NCBI GenBank assembly: GCA_951406725.2
Contig: OX597823.1
Location: 12,834,001-12,898,000 of the forward strand
DNA length: 64,000 nucleotides
From: Octopus vulgaris
Taxonomy: Eukaryota
Direction: 5' to 3'
Below the pieces are notes generated by a model. That model searched no databases, was not told the origin of the DNA, and saw nothing but the letters and a program-made list of their open reading frames with translations. Both the position numbers and the translations under genes were made by a program. Shown piece by piece: positions 28,700-41,850 of this stretch (position 1 is the first letter of the stretch; the number at the start of each line of letters is the position of its first letter).

Positions 28700-30400
28700 C
28701 TTTCTTGTTTTCATGCTCTGAGACAAGTTTTAACATCCAGTCATGAGAGTTTTCAGCTAGGTGTCTAGGCCAATTGTGGCAATCTTCATTGTTAATTCCA
28801 GTTGTAAAAGTCCACGACCACCCTTTTTCTTTGGCAGGTAAAGTCGTTCTATATCTGCCTTAGGGTGGTGCATTCTATGCATTGTCAATAATTTTCGTAT
28901 TTTTCTGTCAAGATTACATATTTCAGTAATTGTCCAGTTAATGATATTGAAACTGCAAGTCACGATCGGTATGGCTAAAGTGTTGATGACTTCGATCCTG
29001 TTTCTTGCATTCAGCTCTGTCTTGAATATTGCCTTTATCATGCGACAACATTTTCTTCTGATCCCTTCGCTCATCACTGAATGTTTGATTCTGTCCCCTT
29101 GAAACACCCCTAGGTATCTGTAGCTCTCCGCTAGTTCTAATTCCTTTTTGACATTCTGCTGGTCAAGATTAACATTGGATGTTTGTTCCTTTGGTAATGG
29201 TAGCATTTTGGTGATATCGAAGTCAGATATGGTTTTCAAATTAAATTTTTTTTAATTTTCGGATTTTTGTTGGTTTGAGAGTCTTGTGAAATTTAAGGTT
29301 TGTTTTAAACATTCTATGTCAGACCTAAGTAGCTAAATTCGGTGTTGAATACGCTCTTGCCAAGTAGGCTTTTTGTGGAAATGTCGCTTTCTAAACTTTT
29401 CACCACATAGAATCGTTGAGATTTTCTCGATGCATAGTGCAGGTGGCTGCGATCTATAATATCAACATTCTTAGCTGAAATTACATACTTAAGTGAAAGG
29501 CGGGTTTTACCAATTATTTTTCGGTTTTGATTAGAATTGCGAACTTTTGGGAGAGGGTTACGTTCATTCACTCTGGTTTCTTGAATTTTCAGCCATTTAA
29601 TAATGATTTGATTTTTTAGATCATATACTTCTGTTGTGTCAATTTCTGTGTGGCTTTCTTCATCTATTTGATTTTCATCTGCCTTAGTGTTTATGGTTGG
29701 TTCATAGAGTATCCCTCTGTGTTTATCAGTTACATTCACTCTTTCAATTATTATTGCATTTTCCTCTGTAGTATCTCCTTTAGTTGCAGCCTCCTTCCTT
29801 TTATCCCTTACTGATTGGTTTAATTTAGTCAATCTCTAATTCAGGTAATAATTTCTTTTCCATAATGTTTTTTCTGACGTTGGCAAGTTTGTTACTGTCT
29901 ATGTAGGTTCTTACTTCAAGGTTTTTGTGCTTCAAGGTTAAGTAGGTTTTTACAGTATTAGATTCATTTGTGGGGAAATATACGGCATGAAAGAAGGCCT
30001 TAAGAACTTCTTTATTATCTCCCTCGGGTCATTTTTCGTTCTTTTTCTTTTCGTTTTTTGATGACGAGCATGGATGGCCATCTGTTGGAATATTCCGGTT
30101 GTGGGTGACTTCCAGCTCCTGTGTTTTGGAAAGATTTGAACCAATAGCTGATTTTTTGTATAGAATCTCGTTCATCGACTACGCGGTCCTTGGTGTTCCG
30201 GGTGACAGCCGAACCGGTTTCTATTGTGCTTTGTTATCATTGAGCCAGACGAGTTTCGACGTTGACATTAAGGGACGAATCTGTCTGTTTAGGGTTAATT
30301 TTTTTTGAGGCAACATCTCCTCCGACTTCTCTGCATGGAAACATTGCTCGTAACGTACCTTCTTAAGGCTAACAGATCTCTATTGGTCTGTATCTTTTTG
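28700..30400 (-). pseudogene. R4/Dong-clade non-LTR retrotransposon remnant, internally deleted
   Basis: YRYLG, TELNARNRIEVINTLAIP, LDRKIRKLLTMHRMHHPKADIERLYLPKKKGGRGL; decayed N-terminal ORF pieces upstream. Confidence 0.85.
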
Positions 30401-30962
30401 TTGTTGTTGTTGATAGATTTATCACCGGATATAGGTTTTTTGTGGTGTTTTTAAATTGTCACTATGTCTGTGTTAGTTCGAAATAGGAATTTTTTTCTCT
30501 TTTTTTGCTTTTGCACATGTTTTCATATGCATGTTTGTGTGTCATGTAAATTTCGCGTAGTTGTGTAAACATGGGATGCATGTGTATCCCTGTGGGTATT
30601 AAACTGTAAGTATGATTGTGTAGACATTCGAGTGTATACATAATTACTCTACTTACTATTTTGTTCCATTTATATTTTATAATTTGCAAACATTCCGATT
30701 TTGATTTCGCGTGTGTGCTTCGCACATATTTCCCTGAGGCATCGTCCATAGGAGAAACCGTGTTTTGCACGGCAGTAGAACATCGCTTTTGTAATTATTT
30801 TCCTTAAAAGGCCGATTCTTTCAAGTCTTTCACAGTCTTTCAAGTCTTCTTCTTCTTCTTCTTCTTCTTCTTCTTCTTCTTCTTCTTCTTCTTCTTCTTC
30901 TTCTTCTTCTTCTTCTTCTTCTCATTATTCTTCTTATTGCTATTATCATTATTATTATTGCT

Positions 30963-31045
<83 letters not shown>

Positions 31046-33331
31046 TGAGTTAGAGAGCAGCGTATGCCATCAAAGTTACACCGAGGTAAAGTATACAAAG
31101 CCCAGGCTATCCATCATGACTACCGTCTGATTAGGGTACAGCAGGTACATGCATCACATGTGTGCGTATCATGGTGATCTCTAATCAAGATAAACTGTGC
31201 ATGATCGTGCAGGTGGGTCCCAGTTAGAATTTTCTTCAGGTTGGTTAGCCCACCTTGCTCAAAGGGTCCCTGAATAAGGTTTATTAAAGGATGATAAATA
31301 AAGCACCCGTGTGTGCAGAAGTGAATTATTCAAAACACAAAGAATTCCTCTCAACACGTAGGAACGATGCTCCCCCACTACTGCTCGTGACCACATATGC
31401 ACATATCGTCAACCACTAACGGAACTTTTCAGCTGGTTAAGGTCACGCAATTGAGAAGCAAATCTGTGATATTGAGCAGAACATTTGCATTACGACATTA
31501 TTATTGAATCAACATGTTGGCAGAACTTTTAGTACGCCAGACAAAATATTTCACGGCATTTCGTTCGTCTTTACGTTCTGGGTTCAAATTCTAGCGAAGT
31601 CGACGTCGATCTTTATTCTTTCGCGTTCGATAACGAAAGTAGCAATTGAGAACTAGGTTTGATGTAAAAAACTTAGACCGCTTCTCTAAAATTGCCAACC
31701 ATTTGCCAAAATTTGAAACCGATATTATTATTATTAATATTCATGTTAAGGCAACGGACTAGCAGAGTCATTGAATGTGGCATTTCTTCAGACCCCGTAC
31801 GTTTTACTTTAAGATATATTTGATGTTTAAGTTGTCTTTCATTCGTTCTGATCGATAAATAAATACTGGAGTAGATACAAGGGACCTAGTTCATCACCTA
31901 TTATGAATACTGTAGGCCTGCGTTTTGAAACTAAATGGGGGAAAAGGACATAAAAAAAAGTTCCTTTTCTCTTACGGATTCTTTAATCAATTCGGAATTT
32001 TGTTCGTTCAAGATGCGGATGAAAACAAGTCTCTTTTTAGACGAATATTTTTTCTTCATCGTCAACCAAAACACAAAACACCCACTACAAACGTCCATTT
32101 AAATGAACATCCCGAAGCTGAACGAGATTCGAAGGAACTCAAACATACTCAAGGGAGATAACAGAGTTTTACAGTAAACACACACACACACACGCAGAAA
32201 AAATAATGATAAAATTTCTGTTGACCATAATATTCTGAACAATTTTCATGATAGCTTTATCAAACGCAACTCGTACAAAATCATATTAACACATGTTTGT
32301 CAAACGGAAATAATACCGGATTTTAGTAGTTGACATTGTTGTGCCTATGGTCATTCAGAAACCAAAGTCACCTAGAAAAGTACGATCTTTAGATGTGAGC
32401 CAATTACCCGAATAACCAAACAGCTTGCAGCATGCTGTAACAATTCACGCGCCCTGAATCTTCCTAAAATTATATATATATAGAATTGATATAGACAGTT
32501 GTGCGGATGTGTTACTATGTATGTATAAAACAAAACTAGATCTTAAAGGTTCACGGCAGAGTTGGTGAATCGATCGATTATATCGACCACATCAGGAAAT
32601 AGATCTACTTTCGTCAGCTAAGTTTAAACATAGGTAGGGAAAGAATCAGAGCGACCTACTTTGTTATGTATCGTATACATATTCGTGTGTGTATATGTGT
32701 GTGCAAACGTGTGCGTGCGTGTAAGTGTGTGTTCATTAAGTCCTGAGATTGGCAGTTTGAATACAGCTTTACTCAACCTTCTGGTGTCGATAAAATAAGT
32801 TCCATAGATATTTGTATACCTTTTTCTCTCTCCGAAATGCTACCCGTGTGTCTATGGCGATAACGAATGTTATCTGAGATAAGCTGATATAAAATTTCCA
32901 CCCCCAAAGTATTTCTTTACAGAAGAGAAAGGTTCTTAATTAAATAGATCATAATTAACTCTTCACTCTATCTCTCAACTCATCACCTTATCTACTTATC
33001 TTAATATGCATGATCTTCCTCTGCTTTCTAGCAGGATATATACAAAACTTTAAATACTCTTAAAACAAATGTATAAAATTCTGGCATTGACACAACTACG
33101 TATAATTATGGGAATGTGTATAAGCGTTTAAATCGATCCCAAGTGCTTAAATGCTATAGCTTTTATCGACTCAGCAATGATGAAAATCAAAGCTAACTGG
33201 GGGGAAATTTTAAATCAAAACGTCAACTGTAGCATCTACTGAAACGTCAAAATATTTTATAGCTTTTCGTCCCACGACATTCCCATTCTACGAAGCCAAC
33301 TCTTTCCACATTTATTCATCGAAAATAATTA

Positions 33332-34707
33332 GATTGGTCAACAAATATTTTACGTCAAGCATATGTCAAGGTGTATTTAGTGTAAGTTTTTAATGCTGAT
33401 TTCAAATATACAGTTAGGTTTTTGACACACGTACTGTTTTCCTGCATTTGCAGTAACATCGATGGACTTTTCGAATGTTTATTACAAAATCATAATCCTG
33501 CAGAGTGGCGTTTGTTTATTGACACTTCAAAACGAATTTTAAACGCGATACTTCTCCAGGATAGTAATTCGAAGCCCTCCATTTCTATTGCACACTCTGT
33601 TCATTTACATGGATCATATGAGAATATGGAAATTTTACTTCATGCCATTGCCTATGGAATATACCCATGGAGAATATGTAGAGATTTAAAAGTTACTGGA
33701 ATGTTAATGGGAATATAGTCAGGTTTCATAAAATACTGTTTCTGTTGTCTATGGAATAGTCGGGCAACTGACAGACATTAGGAATCAAACTGGCAAATGA
33801 GAACATCATACCAGGCAGGAATGTCTAGCGTCTAGAATACAGGTCTTGTAGATCCATATAATGTCTTATTTACTCCTTTGCACATAAAACTTCGTCTGAT
33901 GAAACAGTTTGTAAATACACTAGTGAGGAGAAATGCCAGACGGTTTCAGGGTATTGTAGAAAAGTTACCCAAAATCACACAGGCGAAGTTGAAAGAGGGT
34001 ATCTTTGTCGGACCCCAAATTAGAGGAGTACTCAAAGATGTCAATTTCAAGACAACACTGGATGAACTAAAACTGCCTTCCTGAAACGCTTTCAATTGAA
34101 TCTGTGAGAATTTCTTGGGCAACAAGAAGGCAATGGACTACGAGGATGGCATCAAGAATCTTCTGAAATGTTACTCAGTAATGGGTTGTCGCATGTCCCT
34201 GAAAGTTCATTTCTTGTACTCCCATCTAGATTTCTTCGCAGACAACCTTAGAGCAGTGTCTGATAAACATGGGGAAAATTTTCACCAGGACATTAGTGCA
34301 ATCAAGAAACGGTACCAAGGCTTCTGGAATGACCTTATACTGGCTGACTTCTGCTGGACACTTTACCATGATCAACCAGATCAGGAACAAATCACAATGT
34401 CTCTAACTCTGTTGTTCTAACTTTGTTTTGTCTGACACATTTTTTGTGTATTCACTCTTTGTAGAATGATAATGATGATGATTTTAACTCAATAAACTCA
34501 TTTACTTTCCACAAATAATATGTCTCCATTTATTACGTTAATGATTTCATTTATACAAATATGCAAATATTTGCATTTATCTACTGAAAAACTGATATGT
34601 GCCGCATACAAATTTAGTGAAATTTTGAAATCAGCATAAAAAATTAGTTTAAAAATGTTATTTTGCATTCATAATGTGTATAATACATTTAATTTTTTTA
34701 ACCAGTG
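33332..34707 (+). mobile_element. Decayed DNA transposon, Chapaev3-like (CMC superfamily) by inference
   Basis: EWRLFID, LHIKL.LMKQFV, KLKEGIFVGPQIR and HGENFHQDI..RYQG motifs; right end CCAGTG|TTA, degenerate left end TTA|GATTGG; subterminal inverted ATGCTGATTTCAAA. Confidence 0.72.
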
Positions 34708-34992
34708 TTATAAGTATAAACAATTAATACCGAAGATTGTGATTTTAATACTAATCGTATTTACTACATTAACTCTTGTTGATGATTAGCATGTTGAAGA
34801 ATATCTTGTAGCACTACGTTTCGCACCTATATGTGCTGTTTTCAAACGACAGTGGTCGATATTTTCAGGGTGATTTAAGGTAACTAAGGTTACCACATAT
34901 TTGATCAACTGCTTCTCCTCGTGTCTGTCTGTATGCCTGTCTATCTGTCAGTAGGTAGGTATGCATGCATTTATGCACGCATGTGTGCAGGC

Positions 34993-35077
<85 letters not shown>

Positions 35078-35292
35078 ATTAATCCAAACATGAAAACACA
35101 AAGAGAAAACACAACAACGTGAGGACGTATTTATAGTATTATTGGACGCTCAGGAAGGAAGGGAAGAAGGAGAGTTTAACGTTTCAAGTGGAGCTCTTCG
35201 TCAGAAACATAGGAAAAGGAAAGATCCAAAGACGGGAAGACGGAGGGGAAAAATCGCCAACGGTACAAACGCGGTAACATTTTGAAATGTAT
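35078..35292 (-). mobile_element. Hammerhead-tail family H copy
   Basis: Homologous to copies at 5858, 44443 and 58948; (TA)n on both sides. Confidence 0.82.
35174..35208 (-). ncRNA. Minimal type I hammerhead motif
   Basis: Minus strand: GTTT CTGACGA A GAGC TCC ACTT GAAA CGT T^AAAC; ACGT palindrome, stem II partly mutated. Confidence 0.62.
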
Positions 35293-35357
35293 AAGTGTAT
35301 ATATATATATATAGATCAATAAATGGTGGGGTTGTGTTGACCGCACGTAGAGAAATG

Positions 35358-35535
35358 ATAAGCAAGGAAAAATTGTAAAAATGCAGAATGTTCGATTGAA
35401 AGAAAATTTTAATGAAATGAGAAAATGAAAAAATATATAAATATATATTTATTCTATTTATATATTTTTTCATTTTCTCATTTCATTAAAATTTTCTTTC
35501 AATCGAACATTCTGCATTTTTACAATTTTTCCTTG

Positions 35536-35540
<5 letters not shown>
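35358..35540. repeat. Perfect inverted repeat, 86-bp arms, 11-nt loop, inside (TA)n
   Basis: ATAAGCAAGGAAAAATTG...CAATTTTTCCTTGCTTAT. Confidence 0.92.
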
Positions 35541-35586
<46 letters not shown>

Positions 35587-36263
35587 GTTTAAATATTTGT
35601 TGTGCAAGATTAAGATATTGTCCACACATAGAACAGATGCAACAATTAGACAAATTACAGAAGCTACACATATAATAGAAAATAAACCTAGCCTGAATAG
35701 AAAACTAGAATGGAGCAATAGCGCACACCACAACATATGACAATAGTGGATCCTGCAAACATAATAAATACACAGGTAATTAAAGAAATAGAAATGAATA
35801 TCTATATATATGTATATGTGTATATATATGTATATGTATGTGTGTATATATGTGTGTATATATGTATATATATATATATATATATGTATATGTATATGTA
35901 TGTATGTATATATATATGTATATGTATATTCTTTTTTTTTTTTTTTTTTCTCGATTAGATTTATTATTATTATTACTAATATTGTTGTTATACATACATA
36001 CAAGCATATGTAATGATAATAATGGGTGGATGTAAACACATGAATAAAATTAGAACAAAAGCAACAACAACAAAAACAAAATACAAATTACAAGAATGTA
36101 TATAACCAGAAGATACAAATATTACAGGCATCCCCCCCACACACACTAAATAAACATAGACGCACATAGAGATATAAGCATGCGCAAATGAAGACATACA
36201 ATAGAAATACAAAATGGCTGACGGTTAGTAAGGAGAGACACAAGTAAGTGAGAAGAAAACAAA

Positions 36264-36308
36264 GGACCACTGATGCGGTCACAGGAGTGTGACGAAAGAA
36301 CTTTGGCC
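36264..36308 (+). ncRNA. Degenerate hammerhead motif (A9C)
   Basis: GGACCA CTGATGC G GTCACA GGAG TGTGAC GAAA GAAC TT TGGCC; perfect 6-bp stem II. Confidence 0.5.
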
Positions 36309-36422
36309 GAAATAAGATTAAGATTAATGTAAAAAATAAATATCACTGAAGCAAAATAACACCAAATATATAGTGCGTGTGTTTTTATTGGCTAAACTGG
36401 CAATATGACCATTCCGAAATAT

Positions 36423-36479
<57 letters not shown>

Positions 36480-36653
36480 CATATTTATTTATACATACAT
36501 ATAAGAGGGATGACCATTAAGTGGACATCCATTATGCGAGAGGTAGACCCCATATGATCTGATCACTAAGAAAAGATTGTTCTCAAGAATATTCAGCAAA
36601 CGCCTGAAAGTTAGCGTGTAAGACAAATGAAAAGATACAAAATATAAAGATTA

Positions 36654-36724
36654 ATCACAAACCCGGTTTTATTGTTACCACTTACTTAATACTTACGTAA
36701 ATATCCGCATTTCATCAGTGTGAT
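36654..36724 (-). ncRNA. Degenerate hammerhead motif with an adjacent short fold-back (36697-36780)
   Basis: Minus strand: ATCACA CTGATGA AATG...CAAT AAAA CCGGG TT TGTGAT; perfect 6-bp stem I, GAAA mutated to AAAA. Confidence 0.5.
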
Positions 36725-36977
36725 CGTCATAGCAAAATATAATTTGCAGAACGATCACACTGATCAATTGCTGTACTTACATATATATATATATTTATAG
36801 GTATATATGTTCACTCAGCTCACAGAAAGACACGCATACATACTCACACATACACACACAAACACGATCATTGCCGGATAGAGAGAACACACAGGAAATA
36901 CAGGAACACGTCTTTATCTAAATAACTATCAATATCATTAACATATATGCATGTATGTATGCAGATATATCTGCGTA

Positions 36978-37028
<51 letters not shown>

Positions 37029-37548
37029 ATATATATGGCAAATGAGGGCTGTGGAAGATGATTTAAAATAGGAAAATTTCGACATTGTGATAAGAAGACC
37101 ACTGAAGATATGGAAACATGCTCGGTAAATTCTTCACGACTACACACAAGCTATAAACGTTAAATATACCGTTAACTCAATGAATTAATGATTTTGTAAG
37201 ACATTTGTGCCGATAAATTCATTAAGCTATTATATATGGTACTAATTAAACGGGTCGTTAAATTGTTCAGATAGGAATATTGATGTTTAGGATATATACA
37301 GTTATCATCCCAATAACTCGGTGTTGCATTACAGGCGTGTGTCAAATAATATTTTGAATTATTACTCAAGAGTGCTATAACAACACATCGATTTATATCA
37401 TGTCATATGGAGATGATAAGATATTGAAATAAGTGTAGCGTGTATTGATTACCTACCAATTCATATTTATTTCGATGTTGTGTCAAGGAGTTTGATTCAT
37501 ACAGGCACACATGCATGCATAGATTCTCAGACATGCAAGCACTTTACA

Positions 37549-37731
37549 GTTCTATATTTAAGAGATGAGGAATTATGTACATTATTTACATTATTTACAT
37601 TCGACGTATGTTTGTCCTCATTTTGTTTGTTGTCCACCCAGCGTTTCGGCTGATATACTCTCCAGCCTTCATCAGGTGTCTTGGGGAAATTTCGAACCTG
37701 TGTTTTCCTAAGGTATTTTTCGATGTTATTG

Positions 37732-37809
<78 letters not shown>

Positions 37810-37885
37810 TCACTGCCTGGAATTGAACTCGGAATTTTGGGGTTAGTAGCCCGCGCTCTTAACCACTATGTCATATGCTCGTGGG
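37549..37885 (-). mobile_element. tRNA-head + (AAT)n + hammerhead + tail element (family T), copy 1
   Basis: Minus-strand TGACATAGTGG / GAGTTCAATTCC boxes; hammerhead at 37635-37680; degenerate TSD TGCAAGCACTTTACA / TGCAGGCACTTTGTA. Confidence 0.82.
37635..37680 (-). ncRNA. Type I hammerhead motif in family T
   Basis: GACAC CTGATGA A GGCTG GAGAGTATAT CAGCC GAAA CGCT GGGTG; perfect stem II, cleavage region mutated. Confidence 0.65.
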
Positions 37886-38049
37886 TGCAGGCACTTTGTA
37901 GTGTCTTTGTATGAAAGATCATTTTATACATGAGTGTTATTACGCACACACGCGCACAGGCAAGCATATATGCATATATTCAGTTGGTACATTTTTCAAC
38001 AAACTTCATTTAAGAAGAACAACATGTAACAAAAATATCTTTAAATGAT

Positions 38050-38200
38050 TATTTCGGAGCATCTACTTCGATTACTGCTTTCCATTTGCTTGGTAGGCGG
38101 TCAGACCATTATTTAAATATGTTTTTGTTAAATGTTGTTATTATTTTGCTGAATAAAATATGTTGAAGAAAAGCCGCAATAATTATGCACCAACCCAATA
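38050..38200. mobile_element. Short mariner-derived remnant
   Basis: Terminal CGCAATAATTATGCACCAACCCAATA resembles a mariner TIR ending in TA. Confidence 0.5.
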
Positions 38201-38203
38201 CAT

Positions 38204-38268
<65 letters not shown>

Positions 38269-38544
38269 CTTTGGGTATGGAAGATGAGTTCAGCAAAAAT
38301 CTAGATTCAAATGAATAAGGGACTTAAGTTGAGGTACCAGAATTTAGTACGGTATTATCCATACAATTTCAAAGTAAGGTGATTAAAATCAAAATAAGCA
38401 ACAAGAATATCCAGAGGTAATGCAGTATGATTGTTTCAAGCAACTCCATTTAATTGAACAATGCAATCATTACATCAATTTAAATGCAGAGAAACCTTCA
38501 GCTGCAGAAAGTCATAGAATTTAATTAGATTAGAACATATATAT

Positions 38545-38594
<50 letters not shown>

Positions 38595-38598
<4 letters not shown>

Positions 38599-39311
38599 CA
38601 CTCCTTGCAACACCTATCTGTGTTCGGTTTGTCCTTACACAGAGGCCATCCGGATTCCCGTTTGCGCCGTGAACAGAAATTAATCTTCTCTCTTCGCTCT
38701 TATACGCCATTTGGTCTCAACTCTCCCCCTCCTCCTCATCTAACCCCTCTCTCCCCCCTCCTCACCTACTTTCCCCCCGACCCCTACTTCTTCAGTCCTT
38801 CATCCTTTCACCCCTACTCCCCTTCCCTTCTTCCCTCTTTCTCCCTCCCTCCTTCCCCCTTCCCCCTTCCCTCTTCCCCTTCCATCTGTTCCCTCCCTCC
38901 CCTTCTCTCCCCTCTCCATCTTTCCTCCTCCCTCCTCCCTCCTCCCCCCTCCCCCTCCTCTCTCTCCCCCTATCTCCCCCTCTCTCCCCCTCTCCCCCTC
39001 CCCCTCTTCTCCCCATCCCCCTCTTCTCCTCTATCCACACTACACCACACGACTTTACACATCACATCATATATGATGTGCCATACTAATACATACACCA
39101 ACTAATACATACTAATACGTACTAATACATACTAATACATACTAATACATACACCAACCCTATACATACACACGTCCAGACCTCTCATATGCACTTATAC
39201 TCTCTCATACACACACACACACACACCCTTATACATACTAATACATACTAATACATACACCAACCCTATACATACACACGTCCAGACCTCTCATACGCAC
39301 TAATACTCTCT

Positions 39312-39368
<57 letters not shown>

Positions 39369-39678
39369 ATGTTGGAGCTGGTCATTCAACCCTATTATCA
39401 ACCCTATTATCTCCCCTTATTTCGCTCTCGCGTCTCATGTTTGATCTTTGACCTCTGGCCGAAATCAGATCGCCATGTTAATTCGTTAGTTACTGCACGC
39501 ATTTTCTTTCTCTCCTTCTTTCTGTGTTTTTTTTCTCTGTGTATCTTTCTGTTGAAGAGCGTAGGCTCGAAACGTTAAAGACTTGTTTTATTTATATTTC
39601 CTGAGCGCCATACTAATACAATTGTTTGTTTGTTTTCTACCTGCCTTCGTCTTTTGTCTATTTTCATAAAGCTTCCCG

Positions 39679-39680
<2 letters not shown>
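38595..39680 (+). mobile_element. 5'-truncated Penelope-like element: GIY-YIG C-terminus, C-rich 3' region, hammerhead, tail into (TA)n
   Basis: RLRREQKLIFSLRSYTPFGLN matches the R..E...I..L....P.GLN end of PLE endonucleases; hammerhead at 39544. Confidence 0.78.
39544..39581 (+). ncRNA. Minimal type I hammerhead motif, CTGTTGA variant
   Basis: TCTTT CTGTTGA A GAGC GTAG GCTC GAAA CGT T^AAAGA; stems I and II perfect. Confidence 0.68.
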
Positions 39681-39774
<94 letters not shown>

Positions 39775-39911
39775 CCATATACATATATATATATATATAT
39801 ACGTATGGATATGTATATATTTATATATACACATATACACACATATACATACACATATATATATATATATATATGTATGAATATGTATATATTTATATAT
39901 ACACATATACC

Positions 39912-40975
39912 TACGAGGGGCGTTCAATAAGTAATGCCCCTGACCCACCTCCCATAGCAGTAGAGCAACGAAACTTGGCACAATTATTAGTCTTTTTCTA
40001 CATAGGAACCACCCAGACTTACGCATTTCTCCCATCGTTTGATGCAGCTCTGGAGATCATTTTTGTAGAAGACACCAGCTTGGTCCTCCAACCACGACGA
40101 TACTTCAGAAATCAAGGCTGCATCATCTGGGAAACGCTTTCCTTTCAAAAACAACTTCATGGCTGGGAAGAAGTGAAAATCAGAGGGTGCAAGGTCAGGA
40201 GAGTAGGGGGATGGGGGAGGAGTTCATAGCCGCACGCCTGTGCTTCTGATCTGGCGATACGCGAGTTGTGGACCGGAGCGTTGTCCTGCAGGAAGAGGAT
40301 GCCTTTGCTGATCTTGCCCCGCCTCTTGATTTTGATAGCTTCTCATAATTTCCTCAAAAGTGAAGCATAATAGGCTCCTGTAATTGTGGTACCCTTTGTC
40401 AGGAAATCTGTCATCACTACTCCGTCCTGGTCCCAGAAGACTGTGAGCATGACCTTGCCAGCGGAGGGCTGCACCCTTGCCTTCTTCGGAGGAGGTGAGT
40501 CACGGTGCTTCCACTACATTGACTGGGCTTTGGTCTCTGGAGCATAGTGATGGACCCAGGTTTCATCCTGTGAAATCAGTCTTTCGAAAAATTTTGACTC
40601 ATCTTGGCACATCTTCAAATTTATCCTCGAGCACTCGACGCGTTCTTGCTTCTGGAAAGGTGTGAGCAACCTGGGAATCCATCTGGCAGACACCTTTTGC
40701 ATATGCAAATGGTCATGAATGATAGTTTCCACAGAACCGGTACTAATCTTGACCTCATGGGCTATTTGGCGAATAATTATGCGTCGATCTTCCAAAATCG
40801 CTGCCTCAACTTGACGGACAGATGCCTCATCAATGGCAGAAGCGGGGCGACCAGATCTGGGATCTATTTCCACAGAGTTCCGACCATGTTTCAATTTACG
40901 ATGCCAGCGTTTTACAAGGTCATATGATGGGGCATCATCACCATAAGTTACTTTCATTTCATCAAAAGTGGGTGA
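39912..40975 (-). mobile_element. mariner transposon remnant (one TIR plus decayed transposase)
   Basis: TA-CGAGGGGCGTTCAATAAGT TIR; PRSGRP, KVSARWIPRLLT and QDETWVHHY motifs. Confidence 0.9.
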
Positions 40976-41850
40976 TGGTCTTGGCTGGATTTGTCGAGTT
41001 TTGTGTTGCACTCGTTTCCTTTATTCTTCAGTCATTCTCTTCTCCTCGAAAGTGGAAAAGCCGAAATGAATTGCTCTTCACCAGGATGGACGGTTGGCGG
41101 TTTCTCTTTTCCAGGTCTAATTTCAACTTGACGTATGGATGAGTTCAGTTGGTCTTTGAACCTGCTTTTTGGGGAGAGGGAGAGAGTGGGGTAAATACCG
41201 GGAAAAATTGAAAATTCGTCAGGTGTTTCTTTTTTATATACATACATACATGCGTGCACACATATTGTATAATTAAAACAACTTTAACATTTTAACATTT
41301 TTAACACAAGTAGAGTATAACTTTACACATTATGTCTATATGCATGCCAAATAAGAATATAAATATCTGTTTTCACAGAATAAATATTTTCGTATTATAG
41401 TTCAGATAAAAATATGTTGGTATATCTATTCTTAAGGTAGGTTTGATACATACATCTTATAAATATATACATAACAAAAGTAAGAAGGAAGGACGGAAAC
41501 AAGGAAAAAAGTTTTTATAGTGAACATTTTTTAGTTTTGAGGTGAACTTTCTTTTCTGTAGTATAGGAAAAAAGGTATAATTAACTGACTTATATCCGGT
41601 TTCGCTGACTTCATTTTAAGGATCATGTAATTTTTCCATTTTAAAATCTAGTTGTGGATTTTACATACATATATACATACATACATATATATATATATGC
41701 AAGCATACAAAGTATAGGGGTTTAGTTCACCGGTGAACTAAACGATTGGGTACCCTAGGTAAGTGCTGTAACTGATTACTAGGGCTCAAAGGTTATAGCC
41801 GAGACGGTAGTTAACGAACCATTGCAGATTTCCGATGCAGCGGATATATA

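Noticed and set aside
31040-31490. Possible 3' UTR of an R4/Dong element next to (ATT)n
   Set aside because: Plausible from context only; no second copy or coding evidence in the window.
38725-39035. Pro/Ser-rich ORF or G-quadruplex regulatory element
   Set aside because: Low-complexity tract inside the PLE 3' region; no independent evidence of function.
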